Notes: generated by a model not told the origin, from the sequence alone. Counted from the stretch's first letter, positions 11,221 through 24,761 are shown. The stretch is 64,000 nucleotides of DNA from Paraspadella gotoi (GCA_051294375.1 JBJCIZ010000009.1:80184-144183), one strand, 5' to 3'. Program-made: numbers and translations.

Positions 11221-13000
11221 CTTTTTTTTATTATCAAGTAAACTCCGTGGAAATTTTCAAAATTTAACCTGTTTTTTTTATTCTTCAGTGAATAATTCAT
11301 TTTTATTTATTTTTTTTTTTTAGTAGCTCATTTATGCTTATTTTAATTGTATATGTAGTTCTATCTCTTCTTCTTTCTTCTTTTTTTTCTTTTTTCATTA
11401 TCCTCTCTCATTCATACTTTCTCATCATCTCATCTTTTTTCTTTTTCTTTCTTCTTCTTCTCTCTCTCTTCTTCTCTTCTTCTTTTTTCTTTTTTCTTTC
11501 CTCTTCTCTTCTCTCTCTCTGTTTCTCTGTTTTTTTCGTTCGTTTAACTTGTTTTTTTTTCTATTTCTTTTTCCTGGAATCCTATGAATTCTTCCGCTGT
11601 TTTTGTGTTTTCTTACGCGTTCGTCGTCTTTTCGTTTGATTCTTTTTTGATTATTTCGTCTGTTTGTTGTTTCCTATTCCGTGATCGTCGCTCTTATGGT
11701 ACTCATATTGGCGCCTCTATAATTTCTTGGTTCGTTGTACTTTGTCACCTCGGTTCCCGCCGCCAACCGCCGGATTTTTGTGTTCTTAGTCCGATCATCT
11801 CCTTCTGGCCTGGAGTTATTGCTTTTAGGATGATTTTTTTTTTTTCCTCGTGTTTTGCAGATCGTCAAAAAAAGAGAGGAAAAGAGCTCCGCGGAACAGA
11901 GAAGAGACCGCACGGATGTTTTGGAAAAAAGAGCGCCGGGATTACATGTCATTCTTTTGATGAAAATATCGTTTCTCGTTTTTATATTTTCAAAGATGTA
12001 GCGACATCGGGTCTCTTTTTTTTATTTGTTAGTGTCAAGGAAAAGCGTCGAACGCTCGAGGTTTTTTAAAACTTCTTTATTTTGGATGATGTGTAAAAAT
12101 AAGTGATCTCCTTTTTTATTTATTTATTTAATTTATTATTTATTATTTTTTATTTATTTTTTTTTATTTTTTTATTTTTTTTTTATCATTTTATATTCTC
12201 TCTTTTCCTTATTCTTCTTTTCTCTTGATTTTTTTTTCGTTTACTTATTTCTCTTCCTACTATAATCTATAATTCCCTTTCATTATTCTTATTAATCTTA
12301 TTCCTTATATTCTTATCTTATTTTTCTACTTCATAATATGTATTTTCTCTTTCCTTTTTTATTTTCCATATATTTTTTTTTTTTTTTCTATGATTTGTAT
12401 TCTTTAATGTATTCTTACTTCTTTTTTTATTTTTCTATTTTTCATCCATTTACAATTATTTTTTCTTATAATTCTTTCATTCTATTAAAAATTATATTTT
12501 ATATGAAATTTGCATTATTTTTTATAATTTACTATTGTTTTAATCTAACTTATTCTACTTTTCTTTTATATATAGTTTTTTTTTTTCTTATTTTTATTTT
12601 TTTTTTTCTTTTTTTTGTATCTTTAGGATTTTTATTTATAGCAAGTATTTTTTTAATCTATATTAATTTTAAATCTCATATTGTAATATCTTATTATTTG
12701 CTTTTCCTTTTTAATTATAAAAATTAATGTTTTTTTTAGTTTTATCTAATAATTTTTCATATTTTTAATTGGGAAAGGGTAATTGTCTCTCTTTTTATAG
12801 TGCTTTTTTGTTTTTCTTTTTTGTTGACAATAGAAGGGGAGCAGTTCATATCAAAATCTCTAAGGACTCGCGTTCAGAACAGTATGGCAACACCAAATGA
12901 GAGAATGCATTCTTATTCATCAAAAATTTTCAGAATCGAATGTTTAAAAAAAACAAGAGTGAAAAAAAGATATATAACCGAGGAGTTTACAAAGGCTCCA
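9848..13000. other. Very low-quality poly-T-rich gap-fill sequence, a degraded redundant copy of neighbouring DNA
   Basis: Follows a 25-N run. Recognisable islands match 61317-61710 and 13370-13760, interspersed with T-rich noise. Confidence 0.75.
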
Positions 13001-13808
13001 ATTCATTGATTTAATTATTAAATAACATCGTTTCATGTATGTACACAAAATTGAGGAAAAGGATCCTTTATCATATTATGCCAAACGCTCCCGCCAATAA
13101 CATTAGTTGCTGTTCAGACGTTTTTGATATCGATCGAAATATAATTTAGCCTAGATTCCATAAATGATCTATTTTTTTTTCTTTTATCATAAACCGTTTT
13201 TGTGACGTGAGCACTTGAGGTTGGTCCCATTTGAGTTGGAACTCCCTGTAAAATACATGACTTGGGTAATACTCTGGAATTTCAAAAACGTTTTATCTTT
13301 CGTGAGAAATTCTTTGTTTAGAGCATTAAGCTTGTATGATTCACTCTCTCTCTCTCTCTCTCTCTCTCTTTCCTGCGAAGGTCGAGTCCATGAATCTCCG
13401 CTGTTGTGACGCGTCCTCGTCGTCGTCGTCGTCGTCGTCGTCGTTGTTGTCCTCGTGACGTCGCCATGACTCATGGCGCCGTAAATTCTGGCGTGACGTC
13501 ACCGCGGCGCCGCCAACGCCGGTGTGGCTGCCGACACTCCCGGCGCCGGAGATGCGGATTTTTTTTTCTCGGGCGATCGTCAAAAAGAGAGGAAAAGAGC
13601 TCCGGAACGAGAAAGGACGCCGGGTTGGAAAAAAGAGCGCCGGGGCGAGAAAGGACGCCGCATTTTTAAGAGTGCGCCGGGCTGTGTCAAGGAAAAGGAC
13701 GACGCTCGTGGTTTTAAAGCTTCTAACTCTTGGAGATGTAAAAAAGTAACTTTTATTTATTTAATTATTTATTTATTTATAAATTTATATATTTATATAT
13801 TTATATAT

Positions 13809-13895
<87 letters not shown>

Positions 13896-14340
13896 TTTGT
13901 TTATTTATTTATTTGTTTGTTACTTAATTTTTTTGTCCATTATGATTTCTCGATTCCATCTAAAATTTATTTATTTATTTGTTTATTTATTTATTTGTTT
14001 GTTACTTAATTTTTGTGTCCATTATGATTTCTCGATTCCATCTAAAATTCGCGATTCCATCGATCAAATCAATTTTCTCTCTTTTTTCCCGATTTTTCGT
14101 TATTCTCTCCAAATTCTAATCTCTTCATTATTCTTAGTTAATCTTTCATTCTTATCTTTTCCTAATAGTTTTTCTTTTCCTTTTTTTCCTTATATTTTTA
14201 TGATTTGATTTGACTATTTCTTTTTTTCTTTTTCATCCAATATTTTTTTTCCTTCTTTCTTCATAATCATTAATATATTTAATTTTTAATGTGAAAATTT
14301 TAAATTTACTTTACTATTGTGTAATTCATATTATCGAATA

Positions 14341-14600
14341 TATGAAATTGGTACAACCAATATAAAAATTATCCATTCATTTAATAAATAAGCTATCTTG
14401 CCCCTGACTCTGGTCAGGCTTTGGTGGTTTAAGGCCTCCATCACTCTTACAAGATAATGACATAGCAGGTCCCTGCAAGCTTTCCATCAAGACTCTCTCA
14501 CAGTCTCGTTTATTCACTCCCAGAGTACCTGGCTTCCCTATCAATGAAGTGGTATAATATTCAAAGAATGTTTCAATTGTATGAAAAGACCACTCCCTTA
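14341..14600. repeat. Interspersed repeat shared with 27409-27605
   Basis: TATGAAATTGGTA...AGCTATCTTGCCCC...CAGAGTACCTGGCTT...CCACTCC occurs at both loci and is absent from the duplicate at ~63300. Confidence 0.75.
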
Positions 14601-15759
14601 ACTTATATATATATAACCTATATATAACTTATATATATATATAACTTTATTTAAACCACTGTGCTTCTTTGAAGCATTATAAAGCAAGATACAATTCAAA
14701 CTCCATTCACAAAATTTCACCCTCACAAAAAATAATCACCCAACCAACCGACTCGGAATCACCCACCTTCACTCCAGAATCACCAGCCCATGGAAATTCG
14801 TTCACGCGTCACAGATTTTTCGGCGCAAAAAAAAAACAACAACAGAACGTCAACTGAAATTAAGGGGGAAATTGAANNNNNNNNNNNNNNNNNNNNNNNN
14901 NNNNNNNNNNNNNNNNNNNNNNNNNNNNNNNNNNNNNNNNNNNNNNNNNNNNNNNNNNNNNNNNNNNNNNNNNNNNNNNNNNNNNNNAGAGAGAGAGAGA
15001 GAGAGACGATACTCAAGGAGATCAGAAGAAATTTAATTAAACGTGTTTGTTGGTTTACATAAATAATTTCAAAGGAAAGACTGAAAATGATGTCTTAATT
15101 GAAAAACATGAAAATCTGTTGTAAAATAAAAAAANNNNNNNNNNNNNNNNNNNNNNNNNNNNNNNNNNNNNNNNNNNNNNNNNNNNNNNNNNNNNNNNNN
15201 NNNNNNNNNNNNNNNNNNNNNNNNNNNNNNNNNNNNNNNNNNNNNNNNNNNNNNNNNNNNNNNNNNNNNNNNNNNNNNNNNNNNNNNNNNNNNNNNNNNN
15301 NNNNNNNNNNNNNNNNNNNNNNNNNNNNNNNNNNNNNNNNNNNNNNNNNNNNNNNNNNNNNNNNNNNNNNNNNNNNNNNNNNNNNNNNNNNNNGGTCTCG
15401 ATGTTAATATCTTATAATATAATAATAATAATAAAATATAATATCATATTTATTAAATGATTGGATATTTTTTTTCAAATTGGTTGTACCAATTTCATTG
15501 CCCCAGAAATTATTTTTAACCGCATCTTCTAAACTCTTAATCCGTTATCCCGCTGATTACATTTACTACGACGTTTTTTTTGCGGGGCGTTGTTTTATCA
15601 AAATAACCTTTGACTGCCGAGTTTTCCCGCGCGGTTTCTGCTCGACTCATCATCGCAAACAATTCCTGCAAAGTTTCGCGAAACATTGCAATGCAACGCT
15701 AAGAAACCATCTGTCTCGAGGGAAACTTAGACCCCCGTTACCATGGGCTGCGCATGCGC

Positions 15760-18700
15760 GGCTACTCGGAATGTGAGAGCGCTTTTTTTTACGCCTACGT
15801 TTCATAATCACAATTTTGACAAGTTGGCAATTAAATTGGGAATGTTGTGGCCTTAAATACATTGGGAAATTAATTAAGGATTACATTTGGTTGTTATCTA
15901 AATTCGTGACGAAGTCACAGTTTCATCGCTGTGCACGTAGGAGCATTATCACTCGGCGGTTTCTGGCGGCAATGAACATTCGGGTACTACACCAATTTGA
16001 AAAAAATTTATTCCAACATTTAATAATATCTGATATTATATTATATTATTCATATATTATCTATCAAGATATTAACATCGAAGACCTAAAACCATGATGT
16101 TCCGTTCTTCTGGCCTTAAATGTCATGTTACACTGATCTTATTCCACTGATGTATGTTCTTTACATCTCTTTTGTTCATTTCTTTAGTTGTTGATTGTCT
16201 TTTGTGTCGTCGTCGTCTCGTCGTCGTCGTCTTTCGTCATCACCTCTTCGTTAATCTTAAAAAAAACAAAAATTCTTTTTATAATTTACAACAGATATTT
16301 CTATGTTTCTTTTTCTACTTAATGACCATATCATTTTCCAGTCTTGTCACTTTTGAAAATTATTTTATCATGATGAAACCAAACAACACACGTCTTAAAT
16401 GATAAATTTTCTTCTGATCTGCCTTGAGGTATCGTCTTCTACTCTCTCTCATACATCATCATGGTCCTCCTTCTCTCTCTCTCTCGTCTCTCTCTCCTCT
16501 CTCTCTTCTATCTCTCTCGCTTTCAATTTCCCCTCTAATTTCCAGTTGACGTTCTCGTGTTGTTGTTCTTTATTGCTGCAACGGCCTGAGAAAATCGTTG
16601 TGCAGGCTATCGCGTGAACCGAATTTCCATTGGGCTGGGTGATTTTTGGAAGCCTGAAGCGTGGCGTGATTCCGAGTCGTTTGGGTTGGGTGATTATTTT
16701 ATTTGTCCGAGGTGAGTGAATTTTGTGATCTGCTTTATAAAGTTATCTTCCGTAATTTAATCAACTTGTTAATACTGAATTATCAAACTATCAAAGAAAG
16801 TGACAATTGGTTTTAAATAAAGTTAAATATACATCATATATTAATTATTAATAATTTAATAATATATAAATTACATCAATAGCTAAAGTAAATTTAAAAT
16901 TCTTCACTCATTTGCAAAACTTAAATAAGAAACAGAAATGTGTGTCGATGATATCTAATTAGAAACTTAGGCCACAAGATAGCGTAATCTAGCCTTGTTT
17001 TGTTATAGAATTTCTGTCTCATCCGCTTTGTCCATGTGATGACGCCAGAAGACAACACTGCACTTGCTTCCTGTTTCCACAATTGACATTATTAGATAAA
17101 TAACTTTTTTAAAAAAGAAACAGCACATATATACTTTGTGCTTAATAAGTATAGATAAAATTACTAAATCCTTCATAAAATATAAATAAAAATAGAAGAG
17201 TATAGATTGAAAAATCGTTAAGTTCCGATGAAAGGCAAGAAATTTCACATTGATGAAGAAAGAACAAAAAGAAGAGCAAAAGCAATCAAATAATTGAATA
17301 AAAGGAGGAAAAAAAAAGAAGTAAGAAATCAACTAGCATTAAATTGGGAAAAAACAGGAAAAAATAGGAAAGCAAGGAAGGAATAGAACAAACGTAAGAA
17401 TAATGAAGAGATTAGAATTTGGAGAGGAATAACGAAAAAATCGCGAAAAAGTGAAGAGAGAAAATAAATATATAAATAAATAATATAATAAATAAATAAA
17501 TAAATAATAATACATATATAAAAGTCACTATTTACATTCTCCAAGAGTTTAAACCTCGGCCGTCCGATCTTTTCCTTGACACAGCCGGACCGCCACTCCT
17601 TTATAACATGCGCCCTGTCCTTTCTCCGCCCCGGACGCCTCTTTTTTCCAACCCGGCGTCCTTTCTAAGTTTCCGGAGCTCTTTTCCTCTCTTTTTGACG
17701 ATCGCCGAGAAAAAAAAAATCCGCATCTCCCGGGCGCCGGGAGTCGTCGGCAGCCACACCGGCCAGTTAGGCGGCGCCCGCACCAATGCGTGACGTCACG
17801 CGCAGGAATTACGGCGCCACCCCTTGAGTCATGGCGACCCGTCACCAGAGGACAACAACGACGACGACGACGACGACGACGCGTCACAACAGCGGAGATC
17901 ATGGACCTCGACCTTCGCAGGAAAGATGAGGGAGAGCGAGAGAGAGAGAAGGAGCATGAGAGGGAGAGGAGAGAGATCTGAGAGAGAGAGAGAGGAGAGA
18001 GAGCCGAGAGTGAATCATTCAAGCTTAATGCTCCTAAACAAAGAATTTTCTCACGAAGGCATATAAAACGTTTTGAAATTCCAGAAGTACTTACCCAAGT
18101 CATGTATTTTACAGGAGTTCCAACTTCCAACAATGGGCGAGCCAACTTCTCAAGTCGCTCACGCGCTCACAAAACAAACCGGTTTTATTTCGATAAAAGA
18201 AAAAAATAGATCTTTATGGGAAATCTTGGCTTAAATTATATTTTCGATCGATATCAAAAACGTTCCTGAACAGCAAAACTAATGTTTATTAAGATTTGCA
18301 TAACATTTCAAAATTACTTCTTCCGTCGCTTCTAACAACATTTTAGGAGATTTTTAACGAAAATCAAAATGAAGGCGATAATAACTTCAGACTTTTGCGC
18401 CGCGTAGATTTCTGACTGCAATCCCCGCTGAATTCTAATGAAAATGGAGATGAGAAGCAGAAGAAAATGTCCCCACGCTCCTCTCTGCGAACTGTTCAAC
18501 TTTTCTGACAATAAAAATAGTGATAGAAAACGACACATTCAAAAGGACACTTGCGAGAAGGTTCCTGGTTCCCAAGGTGACTCATTATTTAAATTGATTG
18601 TATTTTCATTACAACTTTTTATAAGTGCTACTAAATTTTCCTTCCCGAAAGCAGCACGGATCCTCCCTGTAAATAAAGAAAAAACTTGTTATATCACCTA

Positions 18701-19200
18701 TAAAAGTGAATCAACTTTGTTGCATTCAGAATAAAACGGCTTAGCCATCCTTCTTTAGCCTGTGAGATCTTATACATTACATTACGATTCTTGCATACAT
18801 TAAACGTATTTTAAGCTAAATAATTACATATAAGTCGTTTTTACACTTATTTGATGGCTACGTACTAAAATACATTCGACAAAAAATGTAGACTGCAAAA
18901 CAAGTCGGGTTTATTTTCCCTTCCAATTTTTTATGGCGTCTCTCCCATAAAAAGTTTATCAGTCACGTCATCTTTCAAGAGGATTCCTACGTCGGTCGTT
19001 CGTTCGTCGTCTTCTTCTCTTCTTCTTTTCTTCTTCTTCGTCGTCGCCATCGTCAATCATCGTCGTCAGTCGCCATAACCTAAACCGCAACCGACGCCTG
19101 CGAAGGATTGTCGCCTGTTAAAGACAGACGCCTGATAAAGACGCACCGTTTTCCCTACGGACGTTCTCTGCCTGTCGCCCTGCCTACTTATGTTCGACTC
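15760..19200 (-). repeat. Error-rich inverted copy of ~9330-15700 (fold-back centred near 15730)
   Basis: For example, 17550-18250 is the reverse complement of 13100-13740 and 19080-19200 of 9330-9450. Indel-rich and ends at a 25-N run. Confidence 0.85.
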
Positions 19201-20607
19201 TCTCTCTCTTNNNNNNNNNNNNNNNNNNNNNNNNNTAAAAATAAAAACGGAGCCGTACGGCGGCGTGATTAGAGATTCGAAGAAATCACCTATTTGACGG
19301 TGCTATTCGCCACGTTATTTCTAATACTATTCAGACAAAACATTTTACCTATGAAAACTCTGTTGGGATGGGATTACTTAAAGGGAAAATACATTCAACA
19401 ACCTAATTTAAACCAAAAATTCATGATTCAATATTAGAAAATGATACGCGAATTAGCAAAACAAACCTAAAGCAAAACTGCTTTATATTCATTGAGATAG
19501 AGTGCAGAGAGTGAAAGAGAGAATGAAAGAGAAATGTTATTTACTAACAATATTAAAGGGTGGGACCAACTCAGCGTCAAAGTGAATTATAGAGCCAGCA
19601 TCTGGCTAAAACTTTAAGGGCTTCCGAAATTGCAACAAAATTTTCAACAGACCATTACCAGAAATCCCATAAGAAATAGTTGTCATGAGCCTTACTAGTA
19701 ATTGGCATAAATATGATGAGCATCCATAATTCCATATATTTCTACAATCTCTACATATTTTTGTTAAGATATTCCGAGGTGCTCTTTTTAAAAGAGAAAA
19801 AAATCATTTAAAAAAAAAAACACAACCATTCTTAATAATTTTATTCTTTCTTTTATTCTATTTCTTTTAATCTTTTCATATGATTATATTTTTTCTGATT
19901 TCTTGATCTTATCAACTTTCTCCCTTCAATTTCTCGATATTCTTTATCAAAATCAGAAATGTTCGACATTTTTGTTCGACTTTCTTTTTTATCGCAAAGA
20001 TTTATTTTCTCTCTTAGTTTGATTAATCGGAATTTACAGCGGGCCCTGTTTATTTCACAATCAAAACTCCGGTCTCTTTTTCCTTTTTTTTTCTTTTCCT
20101 TAATTTTTACATCAGCTCCGCTAATCTTTATTAACTTTTATTTATATTTATTTAATCTTTAGTGATTCCTTCTTTTCTTTCACCCAAGTTTCCTCCTCTT
20201 GGTTTATTTTTGGATTTAAAAAAAATATTTTACGTTTTTAACAATCATTTCTCTTTTTTATTATTATTATTTTTTATTTCATATTTTTTAATTTTATTTA
20301 AACACCATCATGAAATGTTTATTTTTGTGAGGAAACGATAATTTTTTTTGTATCAAATAGCTTTAAAATTCAAACTTAAAAATTATTGAAGCTTTAAAAA
20401 AAAACTATGTATGCCGAGCTGTATATCCTCAATCAAGATCATAATTTTGTTTGCTCTCAATTTTCCTAATTGCATCATATCCTTCCAAAAAAGATAGAAA
20501 AATTATAAGACTTAGATATCTATTTGGACAAAACTCAAAGCTATATAATACATAACATATATTCTATAGAGAATATAAAATATAATAGAACGCTCGATCG
20601 AAACAAA

Positions 20608-23025
20608 ATGGACACAAAAAAATTTTTTCAAGTGGCTCTTTTGGTTTTGACCAATTTGCTATACGTAATAGATATTGGTACTGACTTGAAAACTGCGCTT
20701 TCTTATATAAAAGAAAGTGATCTGGAATTAAAGCGTCTTGGATGGACTATAATTGTAATAAACATAGTAAATTATATCATAACATCTGGTTTTGGACTCG
20801 CATTAATTTTCAAACAAAAATCAATATATGGAAGATTATATTGTAAAAAATGGGTAAAAAAGTTAGTTGTTGTCTCCAATGTTTTGGGATTTGGTTTATT
20901 TCCATTGGAAATTGATTTTTTTATGGATTCTAATTTAACAAACAAAAACAAAAAAACTATAAAACTAAAAGAAATTTCTCTAACAATACTCAAACTATAT
21001 CATTGCCTGTTTGAGTCATTTCCTCAAATTCTGGTACAGAGTTATGCTATGATAGTCTTTTGGACCAGTGGAACGTCTTATCTATGCTTGGAAGTTTACC
21101 ATGATTTAGATAGAACATGGTTGCACAGAATTAGTCCGAATGGATCTTTAAAAAAAGTTGAACCTAGAGTTAAGTGTGCCTGCTTGACTAAGGCTTATGA
21201 AATCACACAATATTGTAAATGGCCAATTCAAAACTACTGGCCTTTGATTTCCGTCGGTCTTTCAACTGTGAGTATTGTTAAAAATTTTATTGATTTCAGA
21301 GTATTCATGACAAACAATAAGGAAAAAAACAACAACATTGCAGATACTTGTTTTTTAAAAGCGATATCTCTCATTCAAGGAGTCATTGGTTTAAATGTTT
21401 CTTTATATCTTGTTTTTATATACTCAATAAAACTATCAAAAGTTATTTTTATGTTCTCTCCCATAATTTTATTTCGTCTACTTACACTAAATGAATTACA
21501 TTATGCTACAAATTTTTTTATTCGTTATTTATATTTTAGTGATGTGAAAGAAAAACCATTAAATGGACCCATCATTTTTAAGCACATTATTCAACAAGGC
21601 ACATTTAATTTGATTTTGGTTTCATTTATTTTTACAACTGAAAGACATACTGCCATTTATGGAACCCATACAGCATTAAATCGCGAAATAAAAAGCTTTA
21701 CTTGGGGTTTTGATAAATTGAGAATAAACACTGCCCCTAAACTGTTAATTTATGAAGGGGCATGGAATTCAAAAGCGGGTCGTAATGGTTTGAGATGTAT
21801 CAGGCCAGATGGAGTTTCTAACAAAAAATGGTACCGCATATCTTTTGGTCTTTATTCTAGTGTAAATGGAGATTGTGTTAGACCTATGAAATTAGTCGAA
21901 TCGGTCTTGAAAAATCATTCATCACCTGTCACTATAAATATTGGTAACTATAATCTTTTTGATCCAAATTATATAGTAATAATATCTATGATTTTGGCTG
22001 ATTTGTTAAGCAGCTCCATATATGTCATTGCAGCTGCCCGTATATACAAAGTGTTTATTCCTTTTACCTTTCAGATAGTAGCATTGCTAAGTTTTGTATT
22101 ATTGTGTTTTTTGTGTCTTATTACTTCAATTAAAATAGTGAAAATAAGATCTGCCTATTCCAAATATCGTTTGAAACCATTAAACGCCAAAAATTTGTTG
22201 TATCTCCATTTACAAATATCAAAATTGTATAATATCATATCAAATGTTTTTTGGCTCATAGTTTATTTCTTAATTATAAAATTATTTGAATGTATTAAAG
22301 TAAAACGTGCAAAAGAATTTCTAAATTTCTTATTAATGCTCTTATCAGCTTTTCTATTTTTTACTGTTTTTCAAATTAAAGACATATCGAAACAAAAAAT
22401 ACAAGGGCTGATTATTGAAGTTTGCTTATTAAATATTAGTACTCACTCTACTTTAAAAATATGGAAATCGATGCATTCACAATTATTTCTTTACAAATAT
22501 ATTTCAGAAAATTCATCAATTTTCTTATTTATTTCTACCCTACCATCTCTTAAATATATCTTTTTATTTACTTTTATTACAAAAAAACGTAAAATCCAAG
22601 CAGTATGCCGTTATTTCTTTTTGATTTGTTCAACTTTTGTTTATTTCATATTATATTTTTATATAGAAAGCGAGAAACAAAATTTTTTAACTGAATATAC
22701 AAGCTTAGATAATCGTATTTTCAGCTTTGCTAATACACGTATACTATTGTATACATTGAAACAGACTAATTTTCCACAGAGGAGCCCTGAATTAACGAAA
22801 TTAATGAGTTTGAGTTCTCTTATTTCATTCTGTGTTCAAGAAAAAAAATTGTTATTAAATTTAGAAACGGCTTCCCATAGAAAAGTTTTCGCTAAAATTA
22901 ACAATTTGCCGCAAAGGTTTGGAGAATATTTTGAGACTTTGGATTGGCAAGATATTGACTATGTCAATTTGATGCATTTACCATTCATCATTATACCAAC
23001 AATGGCGCTCTTTTATATTGTTTAA
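20608..23025 (+). CDS. XK-related (XKR family) multi-pass membrane protein, intronless, 805 aa
   Basis: XK-family motifs LLYVIDIGTDLKTALSY, LKLYHCLFESFPQILVQSY and ISVGLSTVSIV, plus many hydrophobic segments. First ATG at 20608. Confidence 0.75.
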   Translation: MDTKKFFQVALLVLTNLLYVIDIGTDLKTALSYIKESDLELKRLGWTIIVINIVNYIITSGFGLALIFKQKSIYGRLYCKKWVKKLVVVSNVLGFGLFPLEIDFFMDSNLTNKNKKTIKLKEISLTILKLYHCLFESFPQILVQSYAMIVFWTSGTSYLCLEVYHDLDRTWLHRISPNGSLKKVEPRVKCACLTKAYEITQYCKWPIQNYWPLISVGLSTVSIVKNFIDFRVFMTNNKEKNNNIADTCFLKAISLIQGVIGLNVSLYLVFIYSIKLSKVIFMFSPIILFRLLTLNELHYATNFFIRYLYFSDVKEKPLNGPIIFKHIIQQGTFNLILVSFIFTTERHTAIYGTHTALNREIKSFTWGFDKLRINTAPKLLIYEGAWNSKAGRNGLRCIRPDGVSNKKWYRISFGLYSSVNGDCVRPMKLVESVLKNHSSPVTINIGNYNLFDPNYIVIISMILADLLSSSIYVIAAARIYKVFIPFTFQIVALLSFVLLCFLCLITSIKIVKIRSAYSKYRLKPLNAKNLLYLHLQISKLYNIISNVFWLIVYFLIIKLFECIKVKRAKEFLNFLLMLLSAFLFFTVFQIKDISKQKIQGLIIEVCLLNISTHSTLKIWKSMHSQLFLYKYISENSSIFLFISTLPSLKYIFLFTFITKKRKIQAVCRYFFLICSTFVYFILYFYIESEKQNFLTEYTSLDNRIFSFANTRILLYTLKQTNFPQRSPELTKLMSLSSLISFCVQEKKLLLNLETASHRKVFAKINNLPQRFGEYFETLDWQDIDYVNLMHLPFIIIPTMALFYIV

Positions 23026-23040
23026 ATTTAAACATATTTT

Positions 23041-23156
23041 TTTAACGAAAATTGGTTTTGATACAACAACGATGAAGTCCTTTGCATTAGAGTCGAAACA
23101 ATCTGCTATATAGAACAAAACTCGTTGTTGTATTAAAGAAACCACTTTTCGTTAAA
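23041..23156. repeat. Imperfect inverted repeat (~33-bp arms, 49-nt loop) just after the XKR stop
   Basis: TTTAACGAAAA.TGGTT..ATACAACAACGA (23041-23072) pairs with TCGTTGTTGTAT..AACCACTTTTCGTTAAA (23122-23156). Confidence 0.8.
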
Positions 23157-23968
23157 TCTCAAAGCAACAAAATGAAAGGATTAATATCGAACAACACACT
23201 ATTTTTTTAAAAATTATTAATAACTAATTATTCCAATACAATAGTAATAGTAATTTTAATCAACTTAAGGGATGTTACTTTAGAATAGAACAGTTCTTAA
23301 AACAAGTATATGTAAAACAATATACCTTTTTATTGATAAGGAAGCTAGTTCCTTAGCCACCTTAGTGTTAAAATAGTTTTTTTGTTTAATGAAGAATAAT
23401 TTTTTATATAATTTTAATATTCTATAAATTTAGAAGTCATCTGTCAATTTTGTTTTTTTTCAACGTTTTTTTTTGTAACTGTTGATATTAAAGTGTTTTC
23501 TTCTCATCTCTGATCTTCTTCAATTTTAAAAACTAAGGGGTTTTATAACAAAATAAACCGAGGTTCAGGAAGCATTTTTCTTGAATAATTAATTTGGTTT
23601 ACTTATTTATACCTATTCTTGATGATTAATATGGTTAAATACTAAGCAGTAGGGTAAAGTGAAAGTTTGGAATCAAAATTTCACAATTATATCTTGAACA
23701 CTATCTTATTAGTGAATACTAACCTGTTTTTATTTTTTACTAATATTGTAGCCCATTCAGCTTATTTTGTATATAGTATATAATGTGCCATTCAGCCTTG
23801 ATTTTTGGGTGTTGTATTCTACTATTCATGTTTCATTTAAAAAATCTGGCAAAGAAAGAGTTGATTTTTAAAATAGGAATACATATGTGCCAGTTAAAAG
23901 AAAATCGGTCAAGTCACTCCAGAGATAATATCTCAGGCAAAGATATGGTATCCTAAACATCCTAAAGA

Positions 23969-24057
23969 TCGACAAAGTTTCCGGCCTATTGGCCTATTGC
24001 CCGACAAAATTTCCGACCTATTGCCCGACAAAGTTTCCGGCCTATGCCCGACAAAGT
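23969..24057. repeat. Short tandem repeat, ~23-bp unit CCGACAAAGTTTCCGGCCTATTG, ~4 copies
   Basis: Directly visible. Confidence 0.8.
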
Positions 24058-24726
24058 AGTTCGGTCCAGGGTCAATCTCAAGGTCGAACGCGACACGAAA
24101 TTTCCATATCGCGTTTCCGTCGAGAGTGAAAAATGAGGAGTGAAGGGAAAGGGAAGAGTGATAATTGTTAGGAGTGATGATCAAAGTAAGTCAGGAGTGA
24201 TAAAAAAAAGAAGGATGAGGAGTGATAAATGTAGAGAGGAATGACAGAGTTGACTCTGTTGAGTGACAAAGTTTGGAGCGAGAGAGTGATAGAGTGATAA
24301 AGACAGGCGTGAGAGAGCGAGGAGTGACAACGAACGGAGAGACTGAGTTTGAAGTGATAAAGTCAGGAGTGAGAAAGCGATAAGTGAGAAAAAAATAGGA
24401 TTGGCGAAGTGAGTAGTGATACTCTGAGGCTTGACAACGTGAGGCGAGACAAAGTGAGAAATGAGAAAGTGGTGATCAGGTTACGCGTGATAAAGTGAGA
24501 AGTGAACGAATCGGTGAAACGGAAAACGAAAAAGACTTTTTTTGTCCTTGGTGTAAATCTAAAGTCGAAGAGGAAAGGAAGGATTAAAAAGTGAAGATTT
24601 TAAGATGTGAACTTTAAGATGTGAAGTTTTGAAGTTGTTAATTTAAGTTGAATGTCACGTCATGTAGTGTTATGTCAATATGTCAATGATAGCTCTATTT
24701 CTCTCCACAGTCCAAACCAAAGATTT

Positions 24727-24761
<35 letters not shown>

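Noticed and set aside
9992-12727. Phe-rich ORFs resembling membrane or mitochondrial proteins
   Set aside because: They are translations of poly-T sequencing noise.
24135-24500. GAGTGA-rich strand-biased tract as a structured element
   Set aside because: Degenerate low-complexity repeat with no definable unit, ends or ORF.
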